Shown here: positions 1 through 12,892 of the stretch, one piece after another
How positions within the stretch are numbered: the stretch's first letter is position 1
How the letters are laid out: each line of letters begins with the position of its first letter
NCBI RefSeq assembly: GCF_006345805.1
Contig: NC_043000.1
Span: 138,818,001-138,882,000 of the forward strand
DNA: 64,000 nt
From: Octopus sinensis
Taxonomy: Eukaryota
Direction: 5' to 3'
Notes under the pieces: model-generated
Database searches by the model: none
What the model was told of the DNA's origin: nothing
The model's input: only the letters and a program-made list of their open reading frames with translations
Made by a program: the position numbers and the translations under genes

Positions 1-478
1 GGAGGCTGCACCAGGCTCCAGTCTGATCTGGCAGTGTTTCTACAGCTGGATGCCCTTCCTAATGCCAACCACTCCGTGAGTGTAGTGGGTGCTTTTTACT
101 TGCCCCCGGCACAGGTGCCAGGGGAGGCTGGCAACAGCCATGATCAGTTGATGCTTTTTACATGCCACCGGCACGGAAGCCAGTCAAGGCGGCACTGGCA
201 TCGGCCACGTACAGATGGTGCTTTTTACATGCCACCGGCACAGGTGCCAGTGGGAGGGGGCTGGCAATGGCCACAATCAGTTGGTGGTTTTTACAGGCCA
301 CCGACACAGAAGCCAGTCAAGGCAGTGCTGGCATCGGCCACGTACAGATGGTGCTTTTTACATGCCACCAGCACAGGTGCCAGGGGGGGCTGGCAACAGC
401 CATGATCGGTTGGTGCTTTTTACATGCCATTGGCATGGAAGCCAGTCAAGGCAGTGCTGCCACTGGCACAGGTATGGC
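1..478 (-). mobile_element. RTE LINE 3' UTR/tail with an internal array of ~62-67-bp modules (continues past the window start)
   Basis: CTACAGCTGGATGCCCTTCCTAATGCCAACCACTCC tail, also at ~7550, 26910 and 33580. Module core G(C/G)TTTTTAC starts at 91, 153, 220, 286, 353 and 415. ORFs 34..405, 162..521 and 215..496 are translations of this array. Confidence 0.75.
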
Positions 479-529
479 AACCACAATTTATATTAGTAAA
501 ATATGTACAAAGCAATATTAGTAGCCATT

Positions 530-935
530 TAGACATGAAGTTTTCATTTTCTTTGCTTGCCAGAAATATACAAGTTAAAGGCTGATATTATGTTTGTCAA
601 TTTATTTTTCAAGATTCTTGATGTGAAATTGTGTGTTGAAACAGATATTGTTTTATTTCAGGATGGTCATTTTATTAATTATTATTATTTAAAAATTTTT
701 TTTGCCGAATAAACACACACACTATATATATATATATATTTTCCTTCACTCATTTATTACTACTATTTTATTATTTTAATGCCTGTTCGTTGTCTGGAAA
801 TCTTTTGTCACACATCTGTAACCTCTTCAGTGACACTTTTCATTTCCATGTGTGTTCTTGCTCCACTTACTCCATTCTCTGTTATTACGTTTTGAAATAA
901 AAGATTCTAATTTTCTGGGTTATTAAAATCTTCTT
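530..935 (-). mobile_element. Penelope-like element pseudo-LTR remnant (ORF end, hammerhead-like motif, ORF start)
   Basis: Minus strand: RKLESFISK (~920-890), then CTGAAGA-G-GTTAC-loop-GTGAC-AAAA (830-803), then ATG at 670 giving MTILK*NNICFNTQFHIKNLEK, similar to the peptide at 35946. Confidence 0.55.
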
Positions 936-940
936 TAGTA

Positions 941-1324
941 CTCATTTACTTGTTTCAGTCATTTGACTGTGGCTATGCTGAAGCACCACCTTTAGTCAAG
1001 CAAATCGACCCCGGGACTTATTTTTTGTAAGCCTAGTACTTATTCTATCAGTCTCTTTTGCCGAACCGCTAAGTTACGTGGATGCAAACACACCAGCATC
1101 GGTTGTCAAGTGATGTTGGGGGGACAAACAGACACACTATACACACACACACACATACATATATATACATATATACGACGGGCTTCTTTCAGTTTCTCAC
1201 AAGGCTTTGGTCAGCCCGAGGCTATAGTAGATGACACTTGCCCAAGGTACCACGCAGTGGGACTGAACCCGGAACCATGTGGTTGGTAAGCAAGCTACTT
1301 GCCACACAGCCACTCCTACGCCTA
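941..1324 (-). mobile_element. tRNA-derived SINE family A (Octopus OK-like), near full length
   Basis: Head GGAGTGGCTGTGTGG..AAGTAGCTTGCTTACCAACCACATGGTTCCGGGTTCAGTCCC, central (CA/TA)n, tail GACTGAAACAAGTAAA. About 14 similar copies in the window. Confidence 0.9.
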
Positions 1325-1489
1325 TAATTAATTTTTTTTAAATATTGACATCGGTATTACATTTTGATTGATTTTTAACTATGCTTGTTATCAGTTGCCT
1401 TATTCATCAATGTATGCATTAAATAAATTACAACTGTTATTGTCACTCTTTGCAATGCCATTTTACAGAAGTTGAATGAAGTATAACTG

Positions 1490-1716
1490 TTTCTTTATTA
1501 CCTACAAGGGGCTAAACATATAGGGGACAAACAAGGACAGACAAACGGATTAAGTCGATTACATCAACCCCAGTGCGTAACTGGTACTTAATTTATCGAC
1601 CCCGAAAGGATGAAAGGCAAAGTCGACCTCGGTGGAATTTGAACTCAGAACACAACGACAGACGCAATACCGCTAAACATTTCGCCCGGTGTGCTAACGT
1701 TTCTGCCAGCTCGCCA
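1490..1716 (-). mobile_element. SINE family B (head GGCGAGCTGGCAGAAACGTTAGC, tail TAAAGAAA)
   Basis: Matches copies at 33211, 51996, 56432, 58694 and 63498; central GTCGACTTTGCCTTTCATCCTTTCGGGGTCGATAAA domain. Confidence 0.88.
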
Positions 1717-2310
1717 TCTCTTTATAGGTTATGGTCTTTCTCCTGTTGACAGAAGACTATCCAAGCACAGCTCACCCATCTAATTGGTTCTATGGTTTTA
1801 CAATCATTTGATGTCCTTGGTTGTGGGCTCAGCTGGTGGTTAGCTGAACAACAAGACAGGAATGTAACTGGCAGTAGAGGTGACTTTGATTAATTGCCAG
1901 TGATAAGTGGCAGAGAATATTTTAAGGAAAACATCAGCTGACTTATTTTCAATAAGGATCAATTGACCATTTCTGAGAATTGCACTCCACATGATGGAAG
2001 ATTAATCATTGAACTATTCAGCCAATGAATCCTTCAGTTTATCTTTCAAACCAAGCATAGTAACAGATTTGTCCACAGAATACATTTAACAATACATTTC
2101 TAGGTCATTTATGTTTATCCTTGTCTTACTCACCTAATTTTGGTCGGTCATCTATATGTCTTGCATAAAAGTAATAATGATTTCTAACATGGAGAAGTAC
2201 AATATTTTGAATAAAGGATTGTTACTCGAATTCTCACAAGTTTTTCACTTTTAATTCTTTTCAACCTCGAGAGGATAAACAGCAAGGTTTACTCCAGTGG
2301 GATTTGAACA

Positions 2311-2470
2311 TAGAGTGGCTGTGTGGCAAGCAGCTTGCTTACCAACCACATGGTTCCGGGTTCATTCCTACTGCATGACACCTTGGGCAAGTGTCTTCTA
2401 CTATAACCTCGGGCCAACCAAAGCCTTGTGAGGGGATTTGGTAGACAGAAACTGAAAGAAGCCCATCGTA

Positions 2471-2521
<51 letters not shown>

Positions 2522-3090
2522 GGAATGGCCTTCATAGGCCATTCAACTCACTAAAACGAGCAGCCAAACTCAAACCGCTAAATAGTAGTAATTCAGAAAT
2601 CAAAAGAAAATTAAAAACATTAAAAACATAAATGTTTTTAATTTTCCTTTGATTTCTGAATTACTACTATTTAGCGGTTTGAGTTTGGCTGCTCGTTTTA
2701 GTGAGTCGAATAGCCTATCAAGGCCATTCCTTAATATTATTGTTGAATGTACATTATATAGTCTGTTGACTATTTTTTCTTTCTCACTAGACCGCTGGTG
2801 GCGAAATAATTTCTCTTGAATTTTTTACTACCCTGATATTGATATATATATATATATTTGTCTGTGTATATGTTTGTGTGTCTGTGTTTGTCCCTCCAAC
2901 ATTGCTTGACAACCAATGCTGGTGTGTTTATGTCCCCGTAACTTAGCAGTTTTGCAAAAGAGACCGATAGAATAATTACTAGGCTTAGAAAAAATAAGCT
3001 CTGGGGTCGATTTGCTCAGCTAATGTCGGTGCTCCAGCATGGCCGCAGTAAAATGACTGAAACAAGTAAAAGAATAAAAGAATAAAAGAA
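2311..3090 (+). mobile_element. SINE family A split by an insertion in its (TA)n tract
   Basis: Head at 2311-2470 and tail at 2860-3090, with foreign sequence at 2513-2845. Confidence 0.88.
2513..2845. repeat. Foldback element: 109-bp inverted arms, 9-nt loop, ~105-bp unique tail
   Basis: Arms 2513-2621 and 2631-2739 are reverse complements with 4 mismatches by eye. Confidence 0.9.
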
Positions 3091-5399
3091 TATATACACT
3101 CACATCTTTTCACTTAATCAACATACAAACTGATTAAGCTTCAGCTATGAAATGAAGATAATTAATTCAAACTCAGAATAATACAGTACTGAACTAAAAA
3201 AAGACCCTTGTCTTGCTTTCTTCGTCATTTCCATCACTTTAAAATTGAACTCTCACATCTCACCAAGCTGCATATTTGTGAAGGAGAGTTGTAACATACT
3301 GAAGTAAGTCTTGTGTATTGTGTGGTGTTTATTTTATCGTTTCAAAAATAGGAGGCATCTTCTCTGGCGATATTGAAATTGTGAACATTGAGGAATAGAA
3401 CATAAATACTCTAGCATTGTTACTTCATCTCCTTTCAAGAATTTCTTGCTTAATCACAGATTTGTATATTTGGAGAGAATAGTGTTTGTTTACACTCATG
3501 CTTTTCCCAAAAGCATTGGCGTCAGATAAATTGAATTAATTTCCTGCAGCATTCAAAGCCCTATCATAGAAGTTGTTAACCAGGAGCTCATTTTAGTTCA
3601 ATAACACCTACCACTGTATAATTGACAAATGTTACATTAACTTGCAGTTCTAGGCTGAAATATTCCCTTGTGCCTGAGAGAAAGCAACAGGAAAACCTCT
3701 GCAGATATTCTCTATAGACACACGAATTGACTGCAGGGTTTTCAATGGACGCACATAAGTTAAATATGGGTCATTAATTGTATGTTGATATGTTATTGTT
3801 TTCAAATCATATGAATACAAATTCTTAGCATTGCAGCAATACTGAAATATATATTGGGAATGATCCAGTTTGCTTCTACTAACTCAGTAACATTCCTTCA
3901 TTTGTTTACTGTCTACTCAAAGAAATATAACTTGGAGCAACCATCATCCTATTATAGAAATACTAATTGTTATAGAATTAATAGTCACAAATTATTATTA
4001 CACAAATGAAATTTCATTTGAATAACATTTAGTCTAGTGCTGTTTGTAAGTTCGTGATTTATCCTCGGAAGTTTCTCAAGGCATGTCTTAAGGGTTCATG
4101 TCAATTCAAAATACTTCATACAAAAGACTGTTTCTGTATCATTATATCTGAATGCATGTGGTGTGTCAATGACTTTAATTTACCCTTTTGGCAGACTTTG
4201 CAAATTGTGGGAACATGCTGATTTCTTGTTTTACATAGTTTTAGGTAAGAGACACATGAGATTGCAGATATCACCTTAAAGCCATGGTGAGGGTGGTGAT
4301 GATAATAATGAAGATGATGCTGATCATGATGGGGATGATAATTACGATGATAATAATGAAGAGGATGTGACCAACTTTTTTGTTTTTGTTATGTATATCA
4401 TGATATGTTACCAAGTAGGAGGTAAAGAAAATAAAATACCGTTAACACAATTTTTATGAAATAAACCACTGTAAAAAAAACTATTCAGAATTGTTGTTAC
4501 TCTTGCTGTTGCTTGTAGTTATTCTCGTCATTGTGAGTTCAAATCCTGCAGTGGTAACCCTTATGTTGATTCAAGAAAAGTAAAATCTGAAACAAGGATT
4601 CAGTGCTTTATGGTAGCATCATTTTTATGATTAAAGAAAAGAACACACATAAGAATGATTCAGTGAGCAACAATATTTATCTAACAAATGTCTCCTCGGT
4701 TTATGAATTTGATTCCATCATATGTAACTTTGAGTAAGTACCTTCTACCATTGCCTTGAGTTGACTGAAGTTTGTATGTGAAACAGAGAATATGAAAATT
4801 ATGAGGAAGTCCATTAGCAGTTTATTATTCTTGAGAAGTATACTTTAACTGTTGAAAACTTCAATTGACTCATGTGACTACATTCTCTTTGTTAGCATAT
4901 GAATTATTTTTTAGTCAGAATTATTTTCACCCACAAATTGTACCCGTTATATTTTCAAACTAGATGTGGCCAGTTTGAACAGAAAACAGGTAGAATACCT
5001 TGGCCAGATATAAATCAGTTTAATTGCTCAAGGGTCAAGCCATTGAAATCAGTTCAATAGAAAAACCATTCCTGAAGGTACATGGGTTCTAAATAACAAT
5101 TTCCATGCTTCCACATTTTTGAATAATTCATTTTCAGAAATACATTATTAAAATGTTGATACTGTCATTCGGCAAAATCATGGATTTCTTTTTTTGCTAA
5201 CCATACAGATACGTTTTTATGGAGAATGGCAATGAAAAGCATTTTCTAATCCCATCATCCTTTCATACTTTTCGTTACACATGTCAACACAATGATACAG
5301 CATCCAAACCTTCCCTCTCATTTCCTATCCCTCCTACCACCACACTCAGAGACCCCCTTCGGTCACAAATGACCATAGGATTACTCCTAGAAAATTACC

Positions 5400-5672
5400 C
5401 TCCTGGGCACATGTCCGGGCAAGGTTGTTTATGGAAGACTAGCAGTCACCCATGCAAATCAACTTCCCCTCTCCACGCCATCAGTGTTATCCAAGGGAAA
5501 GGCAATGGCTGATACAGCTTGGCATCAGTGACATCACAACTCATTTCTACTGGAGCAATGTGAAATAAAGTATCTTGCTCAAGAACATAACATGTAGCTC
5601 GGTCCAGGATTCAAACTCGCAACCTCATGGTCGTAAGATCGTTACTCTAACCACTGAGCTATGTGCCTTCAC
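5400..5672 (-). mobile_element. tRNA-derived SINE family D
   Basis: Minus-strand head GTGAAGGCACATAGCTCAGTGGTTAGAG.., B-box-like GTTTGAATCC, then CORE-like TTCTTGAGCAAGATACTT. Confidence 0.75.
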
Positions 5673-6633
5673 ATGCCACCACACTCACATGAACATAAAT
5701 TTGTGGAAATCATTGTTCTGATATAAAATGAATTTGCTCATCCACTACCCTCTTCTTCACTGGAAACCAATTAGAGATATCTTTATGTGTAAAATAATCA
5801 AATCCTATTTGAAACATTTTGATTGATTAAAATCATTTCTAGAGACTACTGGTCACCAAAATATGTTCAGATATTGCAGAAAGCACAGTATTCTTGTCTT
5901 GTAACTTGTTTCAATTAATTAAAATAAAAATAATATTTTACATCACCTTCCATATGAAAATTCTATCCAGTTTCTCTTTATTATAGGCATGTAGCCTGAA
6001 TATAAAAAGGACATTACAATACAAAATTAGGGGTACATAAAACAAATAATGAATATGAGATGAGTTATGTATAATGGGAAATGGAATGGCTTATGAGTCC
6101 CCTAAGCTCACAGTTTCATTTTACAGTTCTTTATACATTTTGTAATACAGCTTGTAATTGTTCTATTTATCTATTAGTTATATATTCAATTATGTATATT
6201 ACTTACTTTAATCTTCTCTTTAAATGTCTCAATTAATTTTTCTATTTTTTCTTTTTCCACTAACACTGCTCTAGCTCTTGGTTCAAACATGTCCTGTTCT
6301 AATTTCACTCTTATCAGACCGTTTGTTTTCATTAATCTTTTCTCTATTCCCATATTCTTTTCGTAAAATATCAACATTCTTAAGTTCTCTCCTGAAGGTC
6401 GTCCTGTTCGCCTTACATGATTTACTCTCTTGTGGAAGAAATTTTTATCAACAGGAGAGTTAACAACTTTCTATCATTTACTACTAAAATTACTGAAGAT
6501 TTGAACATCAGCTCATTTGAACATAGGCATGATATAGTTTTGTGCACACACACACACACACACACCCGCATACACACATGTACACACATGTTCAATAATG
6601 TCAAATTCTCTTTTTGAAATATTATCCACAGCT

Positions 6634-6940
6634 AAGCGTAGGAGTGGCTGTGTGGTTTGGTAGACGGAAACTGAAAGAAACCTGTCGTATATATGTATAT
6701 ATATATATATATGTAAGTGTGTATGTGTTTGTGTGTCTGTGTTTGTCTCCCTAGCATTGCTTGACAACCGATGCTGGTGTGTTTACGTCCCCGTCACTTA
6801 GCGGTTCGGCAAAAGAGACCAATAGAATAAGTACTGGGCTTACAAAGAATAAGTCCCGGGGTCGATCTGCTCGACTAAAGGCGTTGCTCCAGCATGACCG
6901 CAGTCAAATGACTGAAACAAGTAAAAGAGTAAAAGAGAGA
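6634..6940 (+). mobile_element. SINE family A, internally deleted
   Basis: Head GTGGCTGTGTGGT joins directly to TTGGTAGACGGAAAC; tail intact. Confidence 0.88.
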
Positions 6941-7427
6941 TAATTTTGATAAATGGTTGAACTATAGTTTAATAACTGCATGCATAAGAATGCTTTTTTT
7001 TTTTCTAAACACGGAACTGTGTATTGTTTTATGTTGAACAATTCTTCACAAAATATCATTCAGCAACTCTATATTACCATACAAGAATTGTGTTTTATTG
7101 AATGCCTGAAATGTTTCAACTACTTTGACAGAACTATTCATCTTGCGAAAAGGACAATATTAGTGGCCATTTAATCTTCATGTAATTTTTATTCATCCTC
7201 GTCACATATCAACGAGTGCTTACTTCCAAAAGTATCAGTTCATTGCTACAGTATGATTAATATTTTTTCTGTCTGATCTCATTCAATCCAGCTACACAAG
7301 TAATTTTAAACATATTTTCTCATCTGTTTATTCAAGTATTAAGTAAATATTCTTTGCGACATATGTTCGAGTTAATTTTCATCACCAATTCTTGTCTTGG
7401 TTTTGCTAAAAAAGAAAGGGGAACTAG

Positions 7428-8215
7428 TCATCATCATCATCATCATCGTTTAATGTCCACTTTCCATGCTAGTATGGATTGGATGATTTGACTGAGGTGT
7501 GGCAAACCAGATGGTTGCACCAGACTCCAATCAGGTCTGGCAGAGTTTCTACAGCTAGATGCCCTTCCTAATTCCAACCACTCCGAGAGTGTAGTGAGTG
7601 CTTTTATGTGCCACCGATACGAGAGCCAGTCAGGCGGTACTGGCAACGGCCATGTTCAAATGGTGTTTTTTATGTGCCACCTGCAAAGGAACAAGTCCAG
7701 TGGCACTGGAAACAACTTCGCTCAAATGTTTTTTCACGTGCCACTGGCACAAGTGCCAGTAAGGCGACGCAGGTAACAATCATGCTCGAATGGTGCATTT
7801 TACATTCCACCAGGACAGAGGCCAGTTTGTTGCTCTGACAACGATCACACTCATATGGTACTCTTAGCGCTCCACTAGCATGGATGCCAGTCATCGAATT
7901 TGATTTCGATTTCACTTGTCTCAACAGGTCTTCACAAGCAGAGTTTAGTGTCCAATGAAGGAAATGTATACATAAGTGGGCTGGTTACATCCCTGGCATA
8001 CACCACAATGGTATGGTCTCAACTGAGCTTGCCGAGTCTTATCAAGCACAGCTTATTTCCAAATGTCCCAGTTACTAGTCATTGCCTCAGGTGAGGCCCA
8101 ATGTTCGAAGGTCATGCTTTACCACCTCATCCCGGGTCTTCTTGGGTCTACCTCTTGCACAGGTTCTCTCAACTGCTAGGGTGTGGCACTTTTTCACACA
8201 GCTATCCACAACCAT
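7428..8215 (-). mobile_element. 5'-truncated RTE LINE: ORF C-terminus, modular 3' UTR and (GAT)n tail
   Basis: Minus strand encodes a degenerate C-terminus (..AMTSNWDIWK*AVLDKT). Five diverged ~65-bp modules at 7594-7900; (CAT)n at 7428-7447. Confidence 0.8.
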
Positions 8216-8540
8216 TCTGGATATGGATTATGAATGAATTAACAACAGAACATAGTGGGTATATATTTTCTAATCCTACAAAATGAATGACAAAAGCCTA
8301 ACTAGGTACAGTTTGTTCTAGCAATTTAGAGGAGCAAAGTTGAATACTATGAGACAGTCAGTCAGTCAGTGTGTCCCTCTGCTATCTTACAACAACCAAT
8401 ACAATCGTTTTTCTGATACTTTTCATATGAAATAATATGAATCAAGAACATTTGAACATTGGAAAGGATTTTAGTCTTAAAAGAATACAATATTCACTTT
8501 CTTTAATCCCATCAACAAATTTTTCATTTTGTAAAACAGT

Positions 8541-8921
8541 GGAAGCACTCCGTCGGTTACGACGACGAGGGTTCTGGTTGATCCGAATCAACAGAACAGC
8601 CTGCTCGTGAAATTAACGTGTAAGTGGCTGAGCACTCCACAGACACGTGTACCCTTAACGTAGTTCTTGGGGATATTCAGCATGACACAGAGAGTGACAA
8701 GGCCGGCCCTTTGAAATACAGGTACAACAGAAACAGGAAGTAAGAGTGAGAGAAAGTTGTGGTGAAAGAGTACAGCAGGGATCACCACCATCCCTGCCGG
8801 AGGCTCGTGGAGCTTTAGGTGTTTTCGCTCAATAAACACTCACAACGCTCGGTCTGGGAATCGAAACCGCGATCCTATGAGTGCGAGTCCGCTGCCCTAA
8901 CCACTGGGCCATTGAGCCTCC
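8541..8921 (-). mobile_element. tRNA-derived SINE family C (OR-like), full length
   Basis: Head GGAGGCTCAATGGCCCAGTGGTTAGGGCAGCGGACTC..GGTTTCGATTCCC. Highly similar to 19630-20012 and 23500-23878. Confidence 0.9.
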
Positions 8922-10567
8922 ACATGTAAAACAGTAGAACACTGGGAAACCAATATGGTTTGCATCAATAATGTAAAAGCTCTCAAACCATGGGGTGTAT
9001 TTTATGTTTTGGATAAGAAGTTTAGCATTTGTACTTGTTTCTTCATTAGTGTTCATAATGCTTGATAATAACAAATACTTATGTGGTGAGGAAAAGGCAT
9101 TAGCTGAATACCTGACATTATTTCTTTTTAAATCACTATATATCATATGACCAATTTGTCACGATAACAATTGGATAACAATTCACCTGTGGTATTACCA
9201 ATTTAAATGTTTACATCAGTCTCTCCAAGGAAAATTATCAAATTACAAATTCTGCATTACTTTTACACGGACAATGTACTTGTCACACTGAAGTTTACAG
9301 AAAGGCGAGAGACATTAATGAATTTATATATACCTTGGAGCTACTATGTACAAAATTACATACTTTAATTAAATTTCTATTGTCCACTGTTGTCAATTAT
9401 GAACAGTTTGTGAATAATGGTAAGTTGACAATGTGTGTAACCAAAACAGGTGTCTTTTACATTGGTTTTCTCCTTTAGACACCGATTCCAAGAAATGTAT
9501 TTGCTTTAAAAATATATATTTTTTGAAGATAGTATTCATATTGTGTTTTCTTTCCTGATTTTAATTTTTTGCTGTTTCTGTTATTAAAAAATTGTATATT
9601 AAAAAATAGCAATTTGTAAGCACTTTATATGTGATGAGAAAATGGTTAAATGGAGATATGAAAGAATGAGATATCTGCAAAAGAGACAAAGAGGTGGTGA
9701 AGTACTTGCAACGGATTTTCTCTGAGATATAAAAACATTTTATTTGCAATTAAATTCTACGAAATATATTTGAGACGAGAAGGATTTGGAAGAGAATAAT
9801 ACAGCACAAGCGAAACGGTTTCTTTACACTGAAATTTGATATATTAGTAGAAACCCACTCCCAGATATTTTTCAATACATGCACGTTTACATACATACAT
9901 GCATGCATGCATGAACACACACAGGCACACACGCACACGCACACACAAATGATCTCATCTTCTGTGTGTATAGGCGGCAGTCTCTATTGTGTCTTTAAAT
10001 GACTTATCAAAGATTGAAGCTTATAAAATAATGAAATATGAGAGGAAAAACAGAAATAATTAAAAAGTTTTCAACATGTAACAAAATTGAAATAAAGAAA
10101 TAACTTTTCAATTTTTAATAAATGGTAAAGATTTATTAAAACAAATCTCATATGAAATTGAAATTGAAATGTAAAATAGCATTGGTTGGAGCGAAAAATT
10201 TTAGTGGTCAATACAATTGCTCTTCTGACACAAACAATGGTTGTAGTTAAACACCTGTGTCTTACAACGCCAGCATAGGTGCTTAACTAAGCTGTTGACG
10301 TTATGACAAAGGACAACAGTTCTAATAGCAAAGCTCAGCTCAGCTCAGCTCAGTTCAAAGTTAGTTGAATTGAAATAATTAAGACGTAAGAGTGATAACA
10401 TGAACTATTGGCTGTAATGAACACGACATCAATGTTTTAATGATAAAGGTGAAAGTTGACTGTAATGAGACAGAACATCATCATCATCAACATCATAATA
10501 ATAGATAATGAAATTATGGTCTATAGTGTTCAGGTGCACTACAACTCATCAAAGGTGCATATACAGT

Positions 10568-10772
10568 ACTCTTTACTTGTTTCAGTCATTTGACTGCAGC
10601 CATGCTGGAGCACCACCTTTAGTCGAGCAAATCGACCCCAGGACTTATTCTTTGTAAGCCCAGTACTTATTCTATCGGTTTCTTTTGCCAAACTGCTAAG
10701 TTACAGGGATGTAAACACACCATAGTGGGTATGAACCCGGAACCATGTGGCTGGTAAGCAAGCTACTTTCCA
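10568..10772 (-). mobile_element. SINE family A, internally deleted
   Basis: Tail and head motifs present; the central ~180 bp is missing. Confidence 0.85.
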
Positions 10773-11622
10773 CACAGCCCCTCCTGAACAATTGACGAAC
10801 TTATTGATATGACTGGTGTACTCTGGAGCTGCAGCCAACGAATGTTGTGCGATAAATTGTGAATGAAAAGGGTTGCAGTAAAATTTGTGCCTCGCTTGCT
10901 CATGGAAGATCAAAGGTAGTCACGACTGAATGCGTGTCGTGAATTGAAAGAACAGTTGGAAGTTACTCCGAACCGTTTATCGCTGGGGATGAAATCTGGT
11001 GCTACAGCTAAGACCCAGAAACGAAGCAGCTAACAAGTCAATGTCCATCCCCTCAACAAATAAACACGTCAAGTGAAGTCCAATGTCAAGACGATGTTGA
11101 TTTGTTTTTTCGATGCTGACGGAATTGTCCACACAGAATTTGTTCCTCCAGGTCAAACTGCTAATCAGACATTTCACTTGGCAGTCTTGAAGCGTTTGTG
11201 AGCCTCGGCGAGACGAAAACGTTGTGACCTGTAGCAAAGTGGAGAGTGGTGGTTTTATCACATCAATGCCCGCCTTGAATGTAAGACAGTCTTTGTCAAA
11301 AATGGCATGACCCTATTTGTCCACACTCCCTATTCGCCCAATATTGCTCCATGCCACTTTTACCTGATCACGCAAATTAAAAAAAAGTCCTTAAAGAAAA
11401 ATGGTTTGCAGACATGGAAGAGTTGAAGAAAAACACAATGGAGACGTTAAAATGCATAATTTCACAAGGGTTCCAAGACTGCTTCGAACAGTAGAAAATG
11501 CGCCTGGATCGATGCATTGCTTCAAATGGAAAATATTTTGAAGGCGATAAAAGTGTAAACATGTAAAACTAAGCGAATGAAAAATATTGCAAAATTCCAC
11601 TTTCTTTTGGCTACCCTTCATA
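10773..11622 (+). pseudogene. Degenerate mariner (Tc1/mariner) transposase with right terminal repeat
   Basis: Fragments KFVPRLL, GDEIWCY, KSNVKTMLICFFDADGIVHTEFVPPGQT, PYSPNIAPC, RCIASNGKYFEGD with stops and frameshifts. Ends CTTTTGGCTACCCTTCA-TA. Confidence 0.92.
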
Positions 11623-12892
11623 TTTACATACATATAATATATACATATATGTGTGTGTGTGTGTGTGTATAAAGGGTTTAAACTATGTAATAACTTACTC
11701 ATGATCGTTGTACAGCTTAATGACTTGAGATTAGATAAACAGAGCATACTGCAATATGTTATCCGATATTCTTTTGATCAGAAGTGTAGTGAAATAAAAC
11801 TAAACTCAGGTATTTTTGCAATAATCATGAGAAAATGAATGAATACTTAAAAGGGCATGGACTTCTTTCTAAATGTGAACATAAAATATTTTTTAATCAA
11901 CATTTTTGTAATGTACGTCTTTGGAAACATATCTCTGCAATTGTCAGAAAAAGCCATACATTAGCATGCATTTGAAATGAAAATAAAGTTTTAAGGTATA
12001 CATTGAAAAAATACCGAATATAGGAATACTTTATCTCCAGTACCCTACCCAACAAAAAATTCATTCACCAATACTATTCCAACTGTCACCACTAAGTACA
12101 TTTTCTTTTGGGAATAGCTTTCCATCGATGTCCCCAAAGTAGTTTTACCTTCATTTATTTTTAGTTTTTTTATGCTTTATACAAAGGAATCTACAAGTCT
12201 GTAAAAAATGTTTTGTTGTTTTTTTAAATATATTTTTGATTCCCTACATCCATACACTTTTCCATGAGAGGACATCAGGGACAGCCTTCCAAAACTTCAG
12301 ATACATAGATGTATTATAAGAACGTATATTATTCAAAAACAATGTACCCGAGGGCTACATTATGTAATGTGTCCTTCTTAAATTGTTAACTGACTACTAT
12401 TTGTAGAAGGGTAAACAACTACCTAGAAGCCCTTACAATTGATTTTGCCTTGTAGTTGTTGCTTACTCTCAGTACAAACATGATGCATTAGATCTATGAT
12501 CAAAGTATTCCAGCTGTGTCCAGTTGTGTATCTTCAAATCCAGTACTAGGTGGGATACTAGTCACAAACTGGAAGGAGTAAGATATTAGTTTGTTTCTGT
12601 TAACAAAACATGCTATTAAGATACTATACTTGAGTTCAGGCCGTTGTCTGAAAAGCAACAGGTTTCAGTTTAGAAACGTATTCCATCTGTATTCTCTGAC
12701 AACAGCAACACTGTCCAAAATAAATTTCCTGTAGAAACAGCATGCCAAGAGAATTGGTATATCCCTCAGGCATGATTGGTATGAAAATTTAGCATTAAAA
12801 CTTGCGAAACATTGATAAACATATGTTTAATTTCATATGAAATCAGTAGACAAAATTTTTATACGTACCTCAGGCCACTTAAATTTCTTTAC

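Noticed and set aside
85-440. CRISPR-like repeat/spacer appearance
   Set aside because: Spacers alternate and are homologous, no cas genes are present, the context is eukaryotic, and the array is attached to an RTE tail.
1740-2040. Slightly GC-richer segment possibly derived from coding DNA
   Set aside because: Stops in all frames and no convincing family motif.
2793-2800. GCTGGTGG Chi-like octamer
   Set aside because: Single occurrence in eukaryotic repeat DNA; Chi is a bacterial RecBCD signal.
7222-7405. Good acceptor and GTAAGC donor on the minus strand
   Set aside because: All three frames contain stops; may be an unassignable decayed transposon.
8850-8921. tRNA-like heads of SINE families A, C and D as tRNA genes
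   Set aside because: They have A and B boxes but no full cloverleaf and run on into SINE bodies.
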